Shown in pieces: positions 63,341 through 64,000 of a stretch of 64,000 nt of DNA. The translations under genes were made by a program, and so were the position numbers. The notes under the pieces were generated by a model. It was given only the letters and a program-made list of their open reading frames with translations. It was not told where the DNA came from and searched no databases. The number at the start of each line of letters is the position of its first letter. Within the stretch, counting starts at the first letter, position 1. The DNA comes from Leucoraja ocellata (Eukaryota): assembly GCA_036785375.1 (NCBI GenBank), contig JAWMAR010000064.1, forward strand, positions 3,286,001-3,350,000. The letters run 5' to 3'.

Positions 63341-64000
63341 CTCCTTCTCTCCAGTGATGCTGCCTGTCCTACTGAATTACTCCAGCTTTTTGTATCTTTC
63401 TGAGGCTTTACATATGTGGTGGATAGACCGGAGGAACTGGTGTTGTTTTCCTTGGAACAAGGGAGGTTGTGAAGAGATCTGTAATAGTTAATTAAAATTA
63501 GGAAGGTTAAAGATAGAGCTGAAAGAGAGAAACAGTCCCCATTTGGGGAACGGTAAAGAGACAGAAGAAGACTGAAAAAAATACAAAGTGCTGGAGTAAT
63601 TCAGTGGATCAGATAGCATCTGATAGGTGACATTTCGGGTCAGGACCCTTGGAAGAATTAAAGTGTTTGGCAAAATATTCAATGAGACATTCATGAGACA
63701 TGATTTTTGTGTGCATAGTGTTTTGGGTCTGGAATACAGTGCCAGGATTGCAGAGTAAATGGCTTCAATTATTGAACTTAACGGAATGAATTGACAGGGC
63801 TCTGGGGTGGCGAGGAGGAGTGGGATTAGTTGGATTGCTCTTGCATAGAGTCAGTAAGGAAGCAACAGCTAATGTCCACCTCTTCGTTTACTGTAACTAC
63901 CCTACATTTCTGTTGCTTAATGAAAACTCCTTGGTGATTTGTGCGTAAAAATGGAAAGTAACAAATTCTGGGCTTCATAAATGGAGGAGTTGAGTGCAAA

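Overview
Eukaryotic (vertebrate) genomic DNA, most likely a cartilaginous fish such as a skate or ray. That assignment is inferred from HE1-like V-SINEs and the CR1/Rex1/Penelope repeat landscape. The window holds one complete protein-coding gene on the + strand, soluble guanylate cyclase beta-1 (gucy1b1). It has 13 coding exons from ATG 2692 to TGA 47236, all with GT-AG introns and consistent phases, giving 1842 nt and 613 aa with the heme ligand His105, the YxSxR motif and the catalytic-domain motifs intact. The rest is intronic or intergenic DNA dense in retroelements (CR1, Rex1/Babar, L2, RTEX-like, Penelope-like), V-SINEs and MITEs, plus two N gaps. The main non-routine signals are: (1) a family of short, TSD-flanked, often palindromic Penelope-derived elements carrying a minimal hammerhead-ribozyme core (CTGAAGA-stem II-GAAACGTC), including an intact sense copy in intron 6; (2) an ~800-bp non-coding retroposon family with Rex1-type tails and hairpins showing compensatory changes; (3) a twin-priming-type 5' inversion of an RTEX-like LINE; (4) a composite Tc1/mariner-type element carrying a tRNA-like segment. 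All calls were made by eye with no database searches, and repeat boundaries are approximate unless a TSD or TIR is quoted.
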